The position numbers were made by a program, and so were the translations under genes. A stretch of 64,000 bases of DNA from Candidatus Latescibacterota bacterium (GTDB lineage: Bacteria; Latescibacterota; UBA2968; SICM01): contig CBDCJO010000002.1 in assembly GCA_965217865.1 (NCBI GenBank), forward strand, positions 3,072,001 to 3,136,000. The letters run 5' to 3'. Shown here piece after piece: positions 62,368-64,000 of this stretch (position 1 is the stretch's first letter; every line of letters starts with the position of its first letter). The notes under the pieces are model-generated. The model searched no databases and was not told where the DNA came from. It was given only the letters and a program-made list of their open reading frames with translations.

Positions 62368-63435
62368 GTGATGCCATTGACGCTTGGAGTGATCGCCTCA
62401 GCCGCGATATCTGCTCAGTCCCTTCAGCGTAACCCCGCCGATATAGACGGCAGTGGCCTTGTCGATCTCGACGATTTTTTTCTATTTGCGCAAAACTTCG
62501 GGAAGACGGGCACCCCTTTTGACCCATCTGCTCGGGATACGGTCCTGCAAGTCATCAGAGACACAATCGAAATCGTGCGCACAGACACTGTATTCTCGGC
62601 GCGTCAAGATGTTGGGCGTCCTGAAGAATCCGACTGGCAAACGATTTTTGCAAACGAACGTGGAAATGTCTACTGGTTGGGCGTAGGCGTTGAAGAGCCG
62701 GGTTACTCCTGGAGTTTCGTTGGAACGGGCTTCGCGGTTGGAACTGATGTACTCTGCACAAACTCCCATGTTGCTTTGGGGTTGCAAGAGCGCATCTCAA
62801 ACATAAGATCCGACCTCACAGCCGTTTTTGTAGCCGTTCCTGCGGACGGCACAGGCCGTGACGCTTATCGGCTGGCCGTGGCCGAAAATAACAATATCCT
62901 CCTCAAGTTTTCGCATCCAAACTATAATGAATCCCCCTCATCAGCTGATGTAGCACTTGTATTTACGACAAAGGAGATGCCGGGCTTTTCCCGCCTGGTA
63001 AGCAGTCTGGATGCCATGGAACTGGAAGTCGGTCAAGAGATCGCAACGATTGGATACCCTGGAGAAATCGACTCTGACTACGATCCTGTAACACGTCTCA
63101 TACCCACCTCAAAAACCGGCATCGTCAGCGCGTTGAGGCCCTACGATGAAGCAACGCCATCGGCAACCATTTGGGGTAGAATCGCCAACAAGATAGTACA
63201 GCACAACTTTGATACGACGCCGGGCACATCGGGCAGCCCCATTTTCAATAAGAGGGGTGAGATCGTCGCTGTTAACAATGCAATAGCAGTTTCTGGTACA
63301 GGCAGTCTGGGCTTCGGCATCCGGGCAGACGAGGCGAGGGATTTGATGCGTGCGATATATGTCGAACATCGAGACGATTTCGATGGACTTATGCCCGAGG
63401 ACCTCCTAAACCTCATAAAGCCCGTGGTGCGATGA
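62368..63435 (+). CDS. Secreted trypsin-like serine protease with a dockerin/EF-hand-like tag
   Basis: TNSHVA / ADVAL / GTSGSP triad; ADIDGSGLVDLDDFFLFAQNFG. Confidence 0.87.
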   Translation: MMPLTLGVIASAAISAQSLQRNPADIDGSGLVDLDDFFLFAQNFGKTGTPFDPSARDTVLQVIRDTIEIVRTDTVFSARQDVGRPEESDWQTIFANERGNVYWLGVGVEEPGYSWSFVGTGFAVGTDVLCTNSHVALGLQERISNIRSDLTAVFVAVPADGTGRDAYRLAVAENNNILLKFSHPNYNESPSSADVALVFTTKEMPGFSRLVSSLDAMELEVGQEIATIGYPGEIDSDYDPVTRLIPTSKTGIVSALRPYDEATPSATIWGRIANKIVQHNFDTTPGTSGSPIFNKRGEIVAVNNAIAVSGTGSLGFGIRADEARDLMRAIYVEHRDDFDGLMPEDLLNLIKPVVR

Positions 63436-63630
63436 AAACAGGGATATATTCAAAAGTTGTGGTCGAACATGAAAAATGAGCGTATCCTTCAATATCCAAT
63501 AACTAAAGCCCTCGGATGAGGGTTGTAGCACGGTTCGAGATCAACCGTGCGCCACTCGCTCACGAAGACTGGCATTACTGAATGCAATTGCGAGACCCCG
63601 AGGGACAGCCCACCGCGTGGAGAAAGTGTT

Positions 63631-63898
63631 GTGGAGCCGAAATTCAAGGTTGGTGACAGGGTTCGCCTTGCATCGAATCCAGATTCGGTCGGCGTAATCG
63701 TCGATGGACCACAGCTTCGACGTGGTGTTTTCTACTACCAGGTCTTCTTCAGCGCCGACAAGCGCGACACGCTCTTTCCGGAGAGCGCACTTGATGCCGA
63801 GGAGCTAGAGAATTTCACTACTGCGTTTGGACGTGCCAAGTTCCTAGACAGAACTGCCTTCCTGCAGTTCTTGATTCTTGAGAAGATACGAAAACCCG
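63631..63898 (+). pseudogene. N-terminus of a probable SNF2/RapA-like helicase, cut by an IS
   Basis: FKVGDRVRLASNP...YYQVFF SH3-like start; ends at an IS terminus. Confidence 0.45.
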
Positions 63899-64000
63899 GT
63901 AGTGTCTCAGTTTGAATTGCGGGGAGCGTAAGTTTTTGGACGGTTCGGCTTTGATGCTCTTGCGTCGATCAATCCTACAATCCACTTCATATCGCGAAGG
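63899..64000 (-). mobile_element. IS1-family-like transposase C-terminus and end (runs off window)
   Basis: Minus frame ...MKWIVGLIDARASKPNRPKTY...NSN*, followed by TCAAACTGAGACACTAC. Confidence 0.55.

Overview
GC-rich bacterial chromosome segment. DUF6785-type membrane proteins, Asp-box sialidase-like proteins and a DxDGxGxVxxxDF dockerin/EF-hand-like tag suggest a Latescibacterota-like lineage (inference). Layout: (1) 1-11.9 kb is a minus-strand housekeeping block (alaS, recX, recA, thpR, Pof1-like NMN adenylyltransferase, cinA, pgpA, pgsA, recR, ybaB, dnaX, large SRP RNA, tRNA-Ala, tRNA-Ser) with small repeats. (2) 11973-20381 is an ~8.4-kb phage-satellite-like element in tRNA-Ser(CGA), carrying integrase, AlpA, primase-helicase, an ori-like tract and an IS1595 remnant whose 3' end is re-duplicated between cargo genes. 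(3) 20.5-33.8 kb holds tadA, a DksA-like protein, Crp/Fnr and a three-gene membrane system (DUF6785-type protein, 1510-aa degenerate M28-FtsX fusion, OPT-like protein). (4) 33.8-41.3 kb is an array of unrelated accessory genes, each separated by strand-polarised spacers built from shuffled 6-7-bp repeat modules. (5) 41.9-64 kb is a decayed mosaic of IS/integrase/defence fragments with a few intact genes (GT2, rodZ, OMPs, IS1182, ECF sigma, protease). All family assignments come from motif recognition by eye; no searches were run.
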